13,715 nucleotides of DNA from Bacteroidia bacterium. Lineage in GTDB: Bacteria > Bacteroidota > Bacteroidia > Bacteroidales > VadinHA17. A program made the position numbers and the translations under genes. The stretch lies in assembly GCA_026391215.1 (NCBI GenBank), contig JAPLDX010000061.1:1-13715 (forward strand), in the 5' to 3' direction. Within the stretch, counting starts at the first letter, position 1. Every line of letters starts with the position of its first letter. This document shows positions 1 to 7,494 of the stretch, in pieces. The notes under the pieces are model-generated. The model made no database searches. It was given only the letters and a program-made list of their open reading frames with translations, and was not told the DNA's origin.

Positions 1-1
1 C

Positions 2-109
2 AGCAGGGATAAGATTGTGGCAAACTACAAAGATGGCATCCTGAACCTTGAACTTCCAAAGATGGAAGAAGAAAATAGTAAAATAACAAGGCAGATCAAG
101 ATTTCATAA
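2..109 (+). CDS. Hsp20/alpha-crystallin small heat shock protein, 3' end (5' part outside window)
   Basis: Frame 2 reads SRDKIVANYKDGILNLELPKMEEENSKITRQIKIS*, stop TAA at 107-109. It contains the A-x-Y-x-x-G-I-L-x-L-x-L-P-K alpha-crystallin motif and the C-terminal I-x-I motif. Confidence 0.9.
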   Translation, partial: SRDKIVANYKDGILNLELPKMEEENSKITRQIKIS

Positions 110-112
110 TCA

Positions 113-265
113 GATGATTTAAAATGGCGTAGTTACAAACTACGCCATCTTTTTTGACAGATGATTATCATGAGATTAGCGTAGTTACAAACTACGCTAG
201 TCTTTCTTGACAGATCATTATCATGAGATGAGCGTAGTTTTTGACTACGCTCATATTTGTTCACA
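113..265. repeat. Tandem array of three palindromic REP-like units (47, 53 and 53 bp)
   Basis: Units are 113-159, 160-212 and 213-265. Each carries a hairpin with core GCGTAGT-N5-ACTACGC (124-148, 177-199, 228-254), and the linkers are near-identical (TGACAGAT(G/C)ATTATCATGAGAT). Confidence 0.9.
121..155. terminator. Probable bidirectional intrinsic terminator between convergent hsp20 and fprA
   Basis: An 11-bp perfect stem ATGGCGTAGTT-aca-AACTACGCCAT (124-148) is followed by CTTTTTT on + and by a short T-run on -. Confidence 0.65.
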
Positions 266-1480
266 ATTTTCTGCAAATTTCTGTGCAAACTTGTGTCCGA
301 ATTCCTTGAGCGCCACTTCTTTTGATCCAGAAGGTTTAAACTTAAATGCAGCACCCTCATCAAAAATATTCAGCTTCAGGCTTTTCAGCACCTCTAGGAT
401 TATTCTTGAAGCTTCACCGCTCCAGCCGAACGATCCGAATGCTCCGGCAAGCTTGCCTTTATCCCTTATAGGATTAATAAGAGCGAACATTTTGTAAACC
501 GGAAGCAACGTGTTCTGATTAATTGTCGGTGAGCCGATGAGAATTGCGTCATTCGAGGCAATTTTAGCATCAAGGCCGGCAAGATCGATATTTTCAATAT
601 CAACAATATCTATGCTGAAATCGGATATTTCCCTGATACCTGATGCGATATGTCCGGCAGCCTCTTTAGTAAAACCGTAAGCTGAAACATAAGCGATCAG
701 AATATGACGCTTTACTCCTGATGTAGTCAGATCAATATACTCCCTGGCATATTTTTCAGTCAGGTTCACAATTAAATTCCGGTTTCCTTTAAGTATAGGA
801 CCATGACCGGGGCAGATACAATTTATTTCAAGAGGCTTGATCTTTTCGATCGCCTTTATCATGAACCTGCTGAACGGTTTCAGGATAACATCATAATAAT
901 ATTTGAATGCATCAAGATAATCTTTGTCGGGATCATCGCTCATTTCATATGAGCAGTAATGAGCGCCAAATGAATCACATGTAAACAGTATCCTTTCTTC
1001 AGCAAGGTATGTATAAATTGAATCGGGCCAGTGAAGGTTAGGTGCAGCTATGAACCGTAAAGTTTTATTGCCCAGGTCAAGTGTATCGCCATCCTTTATT
1101 ACTAACGATTTAAAAGGCACATTTACAATATCTTCAAGGTACCTTATTGCATTTCCGCTACCCACGACGGTTGCCATAGGCGCTATCTCAAGGAGAAGTT
1201 TAAGGCTTCCTGAATGGTCCGGTTCCGTATGGTCGAGAATAATATAGCTGATTTCAGCCGGATCAGTGACTGATCTGAGCTTTTTAAAGTATGTTTTACT
1301 GAATTTCTCCTTGGCAACCTCAATTAAAGCTTTTTTTTCAGCATTAATGAAATACGAATTATAGGTAGTCCCGAATTCGGTTGTCATTACTATATCAAAC
1401 GTCCTGATATCATAATCCAGGATGCCAATCCATTTTACATCATCCGTAATATCTATTATTCTGTCGTCGTTCCTTTTCAT
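251..1480 (-). CDS. fprA: FprA-family flavodiiron protein (metallo-beta-lactamase-like domain + flavodoxin domain; O2/NO reductase)
   Basis: 409 aa. Motifs: GTTYNSY, diiron ligands HTEPDH, LHWPD, CDSFGAH, PGHG; flavodoxin motifs YVSAYGFT, IGSPT, FGSFGWSGEA. Confidence 0.93.
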   Translation of the reverse strand: MKRNDDRIIDITDDVKWIGILDYDIRTFDIVMTTEFGTTYNSYFINAEKKALIEVAKEKFSKTYFKKLRSVTDPAEISYIILDHTEPDHSGSLKLLLEIAPMATVVGSGNAIRYLEDIVNVPFKSLVIKDGDTLDLGNKTLRFIAAPNLHWPDSIYTYLAEERILFTCDSFGAHYCSYEMSDDPDKDYLDAFKYYYDVILKPFSRFMIKAIEKIKPLEINCICPGHGPILKGNRNLIVNLTEKYAREYIDLTTSGVKRHILIAYVSAYGFTKEAAGHIASGIREISDFSIDIVDIENIDLAGLDAKIASNDAILIGSPTINQNTLLPVYKMFALINPIRDKGKLAGAFGSFGWSGEASRIILEVLKSLKLNIFDEGAAFKFKPSGSKEVALKEFGHKFAQKFAENCEQI

Positions 1481-1492
1481 GTTGTTCTGATT

Positions 1493-2149
1493 TCAGATCC
1501 TGGCAATTACGCTTTTATTAGCTCTTACCTGCTGAAGGATGGGTATCTCAATTTCAGTCCCCAGCGGCAGGAAAATATCGACTCTGGATCCAAATTTTAT
1601 GAAACCCAGCTCATCTCCCTGAAGGACATCCTGGTTTTCCTTTGCATATGTAACTATCCTCCTTGCAACAGCACCTGCTATCTGTCTGATCAGAATCTCA
1701 GTTCCCGGCTTTGTTTCAATGACTATGGTGCTTCTCTCATTCAGCTCTGAGGATTTCGGATGCCACGCAACCATATAGTTGCCAGGATGATACCCTACAT
1801 ATTTTATATGTCCTGACACGGGATACCTGTTGCTGTGCATATTGAAAGGAGACATAAAAATTGAGACCTGAAGGCGCTTATCCTTAAAATATTCCTTCTC
1901 CTCGGCTTCTTCGATAACAACTACTTTACCGTCGGCAGGAGCATATACCAGTCCGGGGTCAGGTTCCAGTTCCCTTGCCGGCAGCCTGAAGAAAAAGAGA
2001 AAAAATACATATATGGTCAAAGAGAATGCCAGAAAAAGCCATTTTACCAGGATCTGATCGGCAAGAAAAATATTGACCAGCACATTGAGAAGCAGCAGAG
2101 TAATAAAACCATAAATTAAAATCTTATATCCTTCCTTGTGAATGCTCAT
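1493..2149 (-). CDS. psd: Phosphatidylserine decarboxylase proenzyme (short type)
   Basis: 218 aa with N-terminal membrane helices; FFFRLP, APADGKV, SIFMSPFNMH, QIAGAVARRI and the self-cleavage motif GFIKFGSRVD. Confidence 0.93.
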   Translation of the reverse strand: MSIHKEGYKILIYGFITLLLLNVLVNIFLADQILVKWLFLAFSLTIYVFFLFFFRLPARELEPDPGLVYAPADGKVVVIEEAEEKEYFKDKRLQVSIFMSPFNMHSNRYPVSGHIKYVGYHPGNYMVAWHPKSSELNERSTIVIETKPGTEILIRQIAGAVARRIVTYAKENQDVLQGDELGFIKFGSRVDIFLPLGTEIEIPILQQVRANKSVIARI

Positions 2150-2165
2150 CTCCAGAAAATTTGCA

Positions 2166-2197
2166 CAAAACTAATCAAGTCCTCTCAATCAACCAAA
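2166..2197 (-). promoter_or_regulatory. Bacteroidota sigma-70-type promoter for psd(-fprA), internal to the gene run
   Basis: Minus strand: TTTG (2197-2194), 20-nt spacer, TAGTTTTG (2173-2166). This matches the -33 TTTG / -7 TAnnTTTG consensus. Confidence 0.6.
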
Positions 2198-3031
2198 AAG
2201 TGTTATAAAAAGAAACACCAGGGGGAAAGATAATAAAGCGCTATCGAAACGGTCAAGAAATCCTCCGTGTCCGGGCATAATCGTCCCGGAATCCTTCACT
2301 CCAACGCTTCTCTTCAACATTGATTCAATCAGGTCTCCATATGTGCCTGATATTGAAATTATTATTGAAATAATGATCCATCCTTTTCTATCAACCACAC
2401 CCAGCCAGCCTGAAAGAAGCCAGGCTACTACTATCGTCAGAAGCAGCCCTCCGAAGAATCCCTCCCACGATTTTTTAGGGGAGATCCTTTCCATCAGGCG
2501 GTGACGCCCCAATGAAATGCCCGTAAGGTAAGCTCCTGTATCATTTGTCCAGAGCAGAATAAAAAATCCTACTATTATTCCCGGAGAGAATGCATCCATG
2601 GTGTTAGGAAGCAATGAATCAAGGCCGGTATGTGCAAATGCCGAAAAGGGAAATAATGAAAACGGAAGCGCTAAATATAGTATTGGAAAGAAAGTATGAG
2701 CAAGCGAATCAAAAGGTTTTTCTTCTTTCCTGTATAGCTCGATGACCATTACTATAATTATCAGAAGTGCCAGGATCAGGAGGTACTTCATAGGCAGTAT
2801 TCCTGCTGCGATCAGGGTTGATAGAATATAGGCTGTTGCTCCCGTTATCATTCCGGGGATCATCTGCGGTTTTACTCCGCTGCTCCTGATCATCAGATAG
2901 TACTCATACTGCGATCCGATAAGCACTACCAGTCCTGTAATAAAAAAAGAAACGGGATGAAGCCAGAATCCTCCCAGAATAAATATTACTATCCACGCAC
3001 CGGTTAAAGTCCGTCTGAAAAAATTATTCAA
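2189..3031 (-). CDS. cdsA: Phosphatidate cytidylyltransferase (CDP-diacylglycerol synthase)
   Basis: 280 aa polytopic membrane protein with TTG start. Signature motifs: WTNDTGAY, ISPKKSWEG, GDLIESMLKRSVGVKDSGTIMPGHGGFLDRFDS. Confidence 0.95.
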   Translation of the reverse strand: MNNFFRRTLTGAWIVIFILGGFWLHPVSFFITGLVVLIGSQYEYYLMIRSSGVKPQMIPGMITGATAYILSTLIAAGILPMKYLLILALLIIIVMVIELYRKEEKPFDSLAHTFFPILYLALPFSLFPFSAFAHTGLDSLLPNTMDAFSPGIIVGFFILLWTNDTGAYLTGISLGRHRLMERISPKKSWEGFFGGLLLTIVVAWLLSGWLGVVDRKGWIIISIIISISGTYGDLIESMLKRSVGVKDSGTIMPGHGGFLDRFDSALLSFPLVFLFITLFG

Positions 3032-3042
3032 GATGAAAGAAT

Positions 3043-5106
3043 TTATTCTTTATGTTTTGTTTTTTTAGAGGTTGAATCCTTTTTCTTCTTCTCTTTTACC
3101 TTCACTGGTTCATCTTCCTTTTCATCTTTTTTATTTTCCAGGGCTTTTTTGTCCTGAGTCTCTTTTTCTTCCTTGACGAGTTCGGCTTTTCTTTTTCCGA
3201 AGATCCGTTCAAGGTCCTCGCTGAAGATGACCTCTTTCTCAAGAAGGAGCTCAGCAAGCTCAACCAGCACTTTCATATTGCCCTTGAGTATCTCTTTAGC
3301 CCGCAGGTATGATTCATCAATTATATCTTTGACTTCATGATCAATAATTTCTGCAGTTTTCTCACTATAGGGTTTTGTAAAGCCAAAATCAGACTGCCCT
3401 GAAGAATCATAGAAGCTTATATTTCCCACCTTATCGCTCATTCCGAAAAATGATACCATAGCATATGCCTGCTTGGTGATCTTTTCAAGGTCACTTAGCG
3501 CTCCTGTAGAAATCTTTCCGAAAACCAGCTCTTCTGAAGCTCTCCCGCCAAGGGCGTAAGCCATTTCATCAAGCAACTGTTCGCGTGTTGTGATCTGTCT
3601 CTCTTCAGGAAGATACCAGGCAGCTCCAAGGGCTCTCCCCCTGGGAATAATGGTTACTTTCACCAGCGGACTTGCGTATTCCAGTAGCCAGCTAACAGTC
3701 GCATGACCTGCTTCATGATATGCAATTGTCTTTTTCTCGGCAAAGGATATGATCTTATTTTTTCTTTCGAGACCTCCTACGATCCTATCGACAGCATCAA
3801 GAAAATCCTGTTTTTCGACCACTGTTTTGTTTTTTCTTGCCGCTATCAGGGCCGATTCATTGCATACATTAGCTATATCTGCTCCTGAAAATCCCGGCGT
3901 CTGCTTGGCAAGGAAAATTATATCAATATCCTTACCGATTTTAATAGGGCGGAGATGCACTTTAAATATTGCTTCTCTTTCAGTAAGGTCTGGCAGCTCA
4001 ACATGTATCTGGCGATCAAACCGGCCTGCACGCATCAATGCCCTGTCAAGGATATCAGCTCTGTTCGTCGCTGCAAGGATGATCACACCTATATTTGTAC
4101 CGAAGCCATCCATCTCCGTAAGGAGCTGATTAAGAGTATTCTCTCGTTCGTCATTTGAACCAAAATTGACATTTTTCCCGCGGGCCCTGCCTACTGCATC
4201 TATCTCATCTATGAAAACTATACAGGGAGCCTTCTCTTTTGCCTGTTTAAAGAGATCCCTTACCCTGGAGGCACCCACACCTACAAACATTTCAACAAAA
4301 TCGGAACCCGAGATTGAAAAGAAAGGAACGTTTGCTTCTCCAGCGACTGCTTTTGCCAGGAGGGTCTTTCCTGTTCCCGGAGGTCCTATAAGCAGTGCTC
4401 CTTTTGGTATCTTACCCCCAAGCTGTGTGTATTTCTTCGGGTTTTTCAGGAAATCTACAATCTCCATTACTTCGGTTTTTGCCTCTTCAAGTCCGGCAAC
4501 ATCACTGAAGTTAGTTTTAACATTTGATTCCTTATCGAAGATCTGGGCACGTGATTTTCCTACGTTGAAAATGCCTCCTCCTCCTGCTCCGCCGCCTCCT
4601 GCCATACGTTTCATGAAAAACAACCAGAAAACTATCAACAATGCAGGGAAAAGCAGCCACGAGAGTACATCTGCAAAATAGTTTTTCCGTTTATCATAAT
4701 CAACAGGTATCTTTTCTTTCCCATAACCTGCATTCTCCTGAGCTTCGGCAAGGAATGCTGAGAAATCATCTCCAATGTTATATGAATAATTTGGTTTAAT
4801 ACTTTTTAAACCGAGTCCTACATTTTGTTTTGGAACATCAGGATATCTTCCTGTCTCAAGAGCCTCCTTCTTAAGATATATTTCTGCAATCTCTTTATTA
4901 ACCACTACGATTTTCTCAATATCATGATTATTGATCATATCAATAATCATATTGGTAGTAGCTTTCTGAACCGTTTTGCCACTGAATATGATCTCAAAGA
5001 GGATTATAGCGACAGCCAGTATGGCAAAAATCCAATTGGTATTAAAACGCTGTTTGGCATTTTTATCATTCTTGTCTGGTGTGGTTCTATTTGTATTATC
5101 AGCCAT
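3043..5106 (-). CDS. ftsH: ATP-dependent zinc metalloprotease FtsH
   Basis: 687 aa, two TM helices, Walker A GPPGTGKT, pore loop FVG, Walker [12 protein letters not shown] region [20 protein letters not shown], zinc motif HEAGH. Confidence 0.98.
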   Translation of the reverse strand: MADNTNRTTPDKNDKNAKQRFNTNWIFAILAVAIILFEIIFSGKTVQKATTNMIIDMINNHDIEKIVVVNKEIAEIYLKKEALETGRYPDVPKQNVGLGLKSIKPNYSYNIGDDFSAFLAEAQENAGYGKEKIPVDYDKRKNYFADVLSWLLFPALLIVFWLFFMKRMAGGGGAGGGGIFNVGKSRAQIFDKESNVKTNFSDVAGLEEAKTEVMEIVDFLKNPKKYTQLGGKIPKGALLIGPPGTGKTLLAKAVAGEANVPFFSISGSDFVEMFVGVGASRVRDLFKQAKEKAPCIVFIDEIDAVGRARGKNVNFGSNDERENTLNQLLTEMDGFGTNIGVIILAATNRADILDRALMRAGRFDRQIHVELPDLTEREAIFKVHLRPIKIGKDIDIIFLAKQTPGFSGADIANVCNESALIAARKNKTVVEKQDFLDAVDRIVGGLERKNKIISFAEKKTIAYHEAGHATVSWLLEYASPLVKVTIIPRGRALGAAWYLPEERQITTREQLLDEMAYALGGRASEELVFGKISTGALSDLEKITKQAYAMVSFFGMSDKVGNISFYDSSGQSDFGFTKPYSEKTAEIIDHEVKDIIDESYLRAKEILKGNMKVLVELAELLLEKEVIFSEDLERIFGKRKAELVKEEKETQDKKALENKKDEKEDEPVKVKEKKKKDSTSKKTKHKE

Positions 5107-5111
5107 AATTT

Positions 5112-5489
5112 CTACTTACTTTTTTTGTCAGCCATTGTTTCTATTGCAGCATCTGCCCAGAGGGACTCAAGACTGTAAAAATTCCTGTATTCTTCAAGGA
5201 AAATATGAACAACCACATTCCCGTAATCCAGAAGAACCCAGTAACAATTATCCAGCCCTTCGATATGCAATGGCTTTTCCCCGGCCATCTTTCTTACGGT
5301 ATCTTCAACTGAATCACATATAGAATCAACCTGGGTTGTTGAAGAACCATGACATATAACAAAATAATCGGCAATTCTGTTTTCCAGTTTGCGCAAATCG
5401 ATTTTCAGAACATTATGCCCCTTCTTTTCAAAAATTCCTTTCGCTACACCACTTAAAAGAACTTTATCTTCGTCGGATCTTTTCTTCAT
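5112..5489 (-). CDS. rsfS: Ribosome silencing factor RsfS (Iojap family)
   Basis: 125 aa with ADYFVICHGSSTTQV, WVLLDYGNVVVHIF and RNFYSLESLW; lies directly upstream of ftsH as is usual in Bacteroidota. Confidence 0.95.
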   Translation of the reverse strand: MKKRSDEDKVLLSGVAKGIFEKKGHNVLKIDLRKLENRIADYFVICHGSSTTQVDSICDSVEDTVRKMAGEKPLHIEGLDNCYWVLLDYGNVVVHIFLEEYRNFYSLESLWADAAIETMADKKSK

Positions 5490-5517
5490 TAATGATTTTT
5501 ACTTAGACATCAGTTGT

Positions 5518-5525
5518 CAAAAGTA
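5518..5525 (-). promoter_or_regulatory. Possible -7 promoter element for rsfS-ftsH
   Basis: Minus strand TACTTTTG (TAnnTTTG) about 28 nt upstream of the rsfS ATG; no clean -33 TTTG. Confidence 0.45.
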
Positions 5526-5539
5526 CAAACTTTTATCTG

Positions 5540-5547
5540 TATTTTTG
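5540..5547 (+). promoter_or_regulatory. Possible -7 promoter element for birA
   Basis: Plus strand TATTTTTG (TAnnTTTG) in the divergent intergenic region; no clean -33 element. Confidence 0.3.
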
Positions 5548-5564
5548 TCATAGATCTTCATTTT

Positions 5565-5581
5565 TGCAATTTCAGTGCCAA
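5565..5581 (-). promoter_or_regulatory. Sigma-54 (-24/-12) promoter upstream of rsfS-ftsH
   Basis: Minus strand TTGGCAC-TGAAA-TTGCA, an exact fit to TGGCAC-N5-TTGCW, oriented toward rsfS. Confidence 0.7.
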
Positions 5582-5635
5582 CATAGGATGAAAGGTTGAA
5601 AAAGACAAAAATCAGTAGCTAACATTTTAAAAATC

Positions 5636-6376
5636 ATGATTATAGGGTCAAATCTTATTTTTTGTGAAAACCTGACATCAACTAATACCCGGGCATCTGA
5701 GCTGCTGAAGAAAAATGATCTGCCTGAAGGGACCGTTATTCATTCTGATTTTCAAACCGCCGGAAGAGGCCAGACAAGTAACAGGTGGGAAAGTGAAAAA
5801 GGTAAAAACCTGCTGATCAGCATTATACTTTATCCGGAATCTGTCGCTCCCGGTAAACAGTTTCTTATATCTATGACCCTGTCCCTGGGAATATGTGATT
5901 TTATTGACAGGCATCTGGCCGGAAGTAAAGTAAAATGGCCGAATGATATTTATGTAAAAGATGACAAAATAGCAGGTCTTCTTATTGAAAACTCAATCAT
6001 GGGAGAAACAACTGAGAGCGCAATTGCCGGGATTGGATTTAACCTAAACCAGATTAAATTCACAGACGAGACCCGTAATCCCGTGTCACTTAAAATGATT
6101 ACGGGTATGGAATATGACAGGGAAGTCAGTATGAAACAGCTTCTTTCTGATCTTGATAAAAGATACAAACTGCTTCTTTACGGGGACAGGAAAAACATTC
6201 GCATTGACTATATCAGCCGGTTATACAGGTTCAATGAAAAGCATAAATATAAAGCAGGGAACAGAATATTCACAGGCAGTATAAAGGATATTTCAGATTC
6301 AGGGATTCTCAGCATTGAGAATGAAAACGGCAAAATCAGAGGATTTTCTTTTAAAGAAATTGATTTTGTTCTTTAG
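5636..6376 (+). CDS. birA: Biotin--[acetyl-CoA-carboxylase] ligase (group I, no HTH domain)
   Basis: 246 aa with STN, QTAGRGQ..NRWES, KWPNDIY, KIAGLLIE and GIGFNLNQ; no N-terminal DNA-binding domain. Confidence 0.95.
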   Translation: MIIGSNLIFCENLTSTNTRASELLKKNDLPEGTVIHSDFQTAGRGQTSNRWESEKGKNLLISIILYPESVAPGKQFLISMTLSLGICDFIDRHLAGSKVKWPNDIYVKDDKIAGLLIENSIMGETTESAIAGIGFNLNQIKFTDETRNPVSLKMITGMEYDREVSMKQLLSDLDKRYKLLLYGDRKNIRIDYISRLYRFNEKHKYKAGNRIFTGSIKDISDSGILSIENENGKIRGFSFKEIDFVL

Positions 6377-6797
6377 TATCCTTCCATCCTTTATACTTTT
6401 CCATTTCATCGATCAGAGTCTCAAGGAATTTCTTTACCGGCCCGGCAGCAACCATTTTCAACATAGGATTGAATTCAGCCTCCAGTGTTACATTCACTTC
6501 TGTATTCTCTTTGCCCTGATCCAGAATATCTGCAATCAGGGAGAAATCCCTGACCTGCTGGTTCTCTCCTTTAAAGACAACCCTGTTATACATTGTTTTT
6601 TTAGTAATACGGATATTAACGGCGCCAAGCATATTTACCTGAAAGCTGAGAGAATCCTTTTCGGCTTTCAGGTTGCTTAAGATATCAGGAGAAATGAAGC
6701 GCTCAAAATTTCTTATGTCAGTAACAAAATCATAAAATTCTTTTCCGCTGCAGTTAAGCTTTCCGGTCCTGCTTCTGAAGGTTGATATTTCGGTCAT
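6351..6797 (-). CDS. SRPBCC/CoxG-like protein (START-like fold), conserved pyrE neighbour
   Basis: 148 aa from the ATG at 6797 (MTEISTFRSR). YDFVTDIRNFERF and AEFNPMLKMVAAGPVKKFLETL resemble Bacteroidota SRPBCC proteins found downstream of pyrE. Confidence 0.7.
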   Translation of the reverse strand: MTEISTFRSRTGKLNCSGKEFYDFVTDIRNFERFISPDILSNLKAEKDSLSFQVNMLGAVNIRITKKTMYNRVVFKGENQQVRDFSLIADILDQGKENTEVNVTLEAEFNPMLKMVAAGPVKKFLETLIDEMEKYKGWKDTKEQNQFL

Positions 6798-6802
6798 ATA
6801 CT

Positions 6803-6832
6803 TACCCCCCAACCCCCCCAAGGGGGGGCTAA
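6803..6832. repeat. Short C/G-rich palindromic REP-like element
   Basis: TA-C6-AA-C7-AA-G7-CTAA. It shares its TACCC..CCCCCAACCCCC start and GGGCTAA end with the right arm of the element at 11177-11293. Confidence 0.65.
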
Positions 6833-6852
6833 TACCAGTTTATTAATATATT

Positions 6853-7488
6853 TTATTTTATACCCCATGCTTCGGGATTTACCCGCCACATTTTGAGTGT
6901 CTCAACATCAGATTCAGTTACGTATCCTGTCTTAACTGCTGTCTCAATAAGAACAGAATAGTTACACAGGGTTTGAAGTTTACAATTTTCAGCGGCAAAT
7001 GCGTCGGATGCTTTTTTAAATTCATACGTAAAAATCGCTGCCATTCCCAGTACCTCGCAACCTGCCTCCCTGAGAGCTTTAACAGCATTAAGGCTGCTTC
7101 CGCCGGTGGATATAAGATCCTCAATGACAACTACTTTCTGTCCTGCCTGATAATATCCCTCTATCTGGTTCCCGAGGCCATGTTCCTTGGCTCCGGACCT
7201 TACGTAAATGAATGGCAGCTCCATCTTATCCGCAACAAGCGCACCATGTGAAATCGCCCCGGTTGCAACTCCTGCAATCATTTCAGCCTCCGGATAAAGC
7301 CTGCCTGTCAGCGATACAAAGGAATCACGAATGTATGATCTTACTTCCGGAAATGAAAGAGTTTTGCGGTTGTCGCAATAAATAGGTGATTTCCATCCCG
7401 AAGCCCATGTAAATGGATTTGACGGTTGCAATTTAATTGCTTTAATTTGTAAAAGATATTCAGCTATCTTTATTGCACTATTCTCCAT
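6853..7488 (-). CDS. pyrE: Orotate phosphoribosyltransferase
   Basis: 211 aa from the ATG at 7488 (MENSAIKIA). Motifs: FTWASGWKSPIYCDNR, YVRSGAKEHG, PRPP-binding VVVIEDLISTGGS. Confidence 0.96.
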   Translation of the reverse strand: MENSAIKIAEYLLQIKAIKLQPSNPFTWASGWKSPIYCDNRKTLSFPEVRSYIRDSFVSLTGRLYPEAEMIAGVATGAISHGALVADKMELPFIYVRSGAKEHGLGNQIEGYYQAGQKVVVIEDLISTGGSSLNAVKALREAGCEVLGMAAIFTYEFKKASDAFAAENCKLQTLCNYSVLIETAVKTGYVTESDVETLKMWRVNPEAWGIK

Positions 7489-7494
7489 AGTAAA

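Noticed and set aside
160-226. Fur-box-like words (ATGATAATCAT, TGATAATGAT on the minus strand) in the array linkers
   Set aside because: They are only partial matches and lie between two convergent 3' ends with no recognisable promoter to regulate.
113-265. Mini-CRISPR interpretation of the three-hairpin array
   Set aside because: The linkers are near-identical rather than unique, the palindromes themselves vary, and there are no cas genes or leader in the window.
133-497. ORFs 133..363 (-) and 207..497 (+)
   Set aside because: They overlap fprA out of frame or antisense and run through the repeat array; no recognisable motifs.
3703-5323. Plus-strand ORFs opposite ftsH and rsfS (e.g. 4166..4681, 171 aa)
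   Set aside because: These are typical antisense shadow ORFs of conserved genes with no independent protein features.
6798-6821. Extended SRPBCC start at 6821 (MGGLGGKY...)
   Set aside because: The extension is a translation of the G-rich repeat from a TTG; the ATG at 6797 is more plausible.
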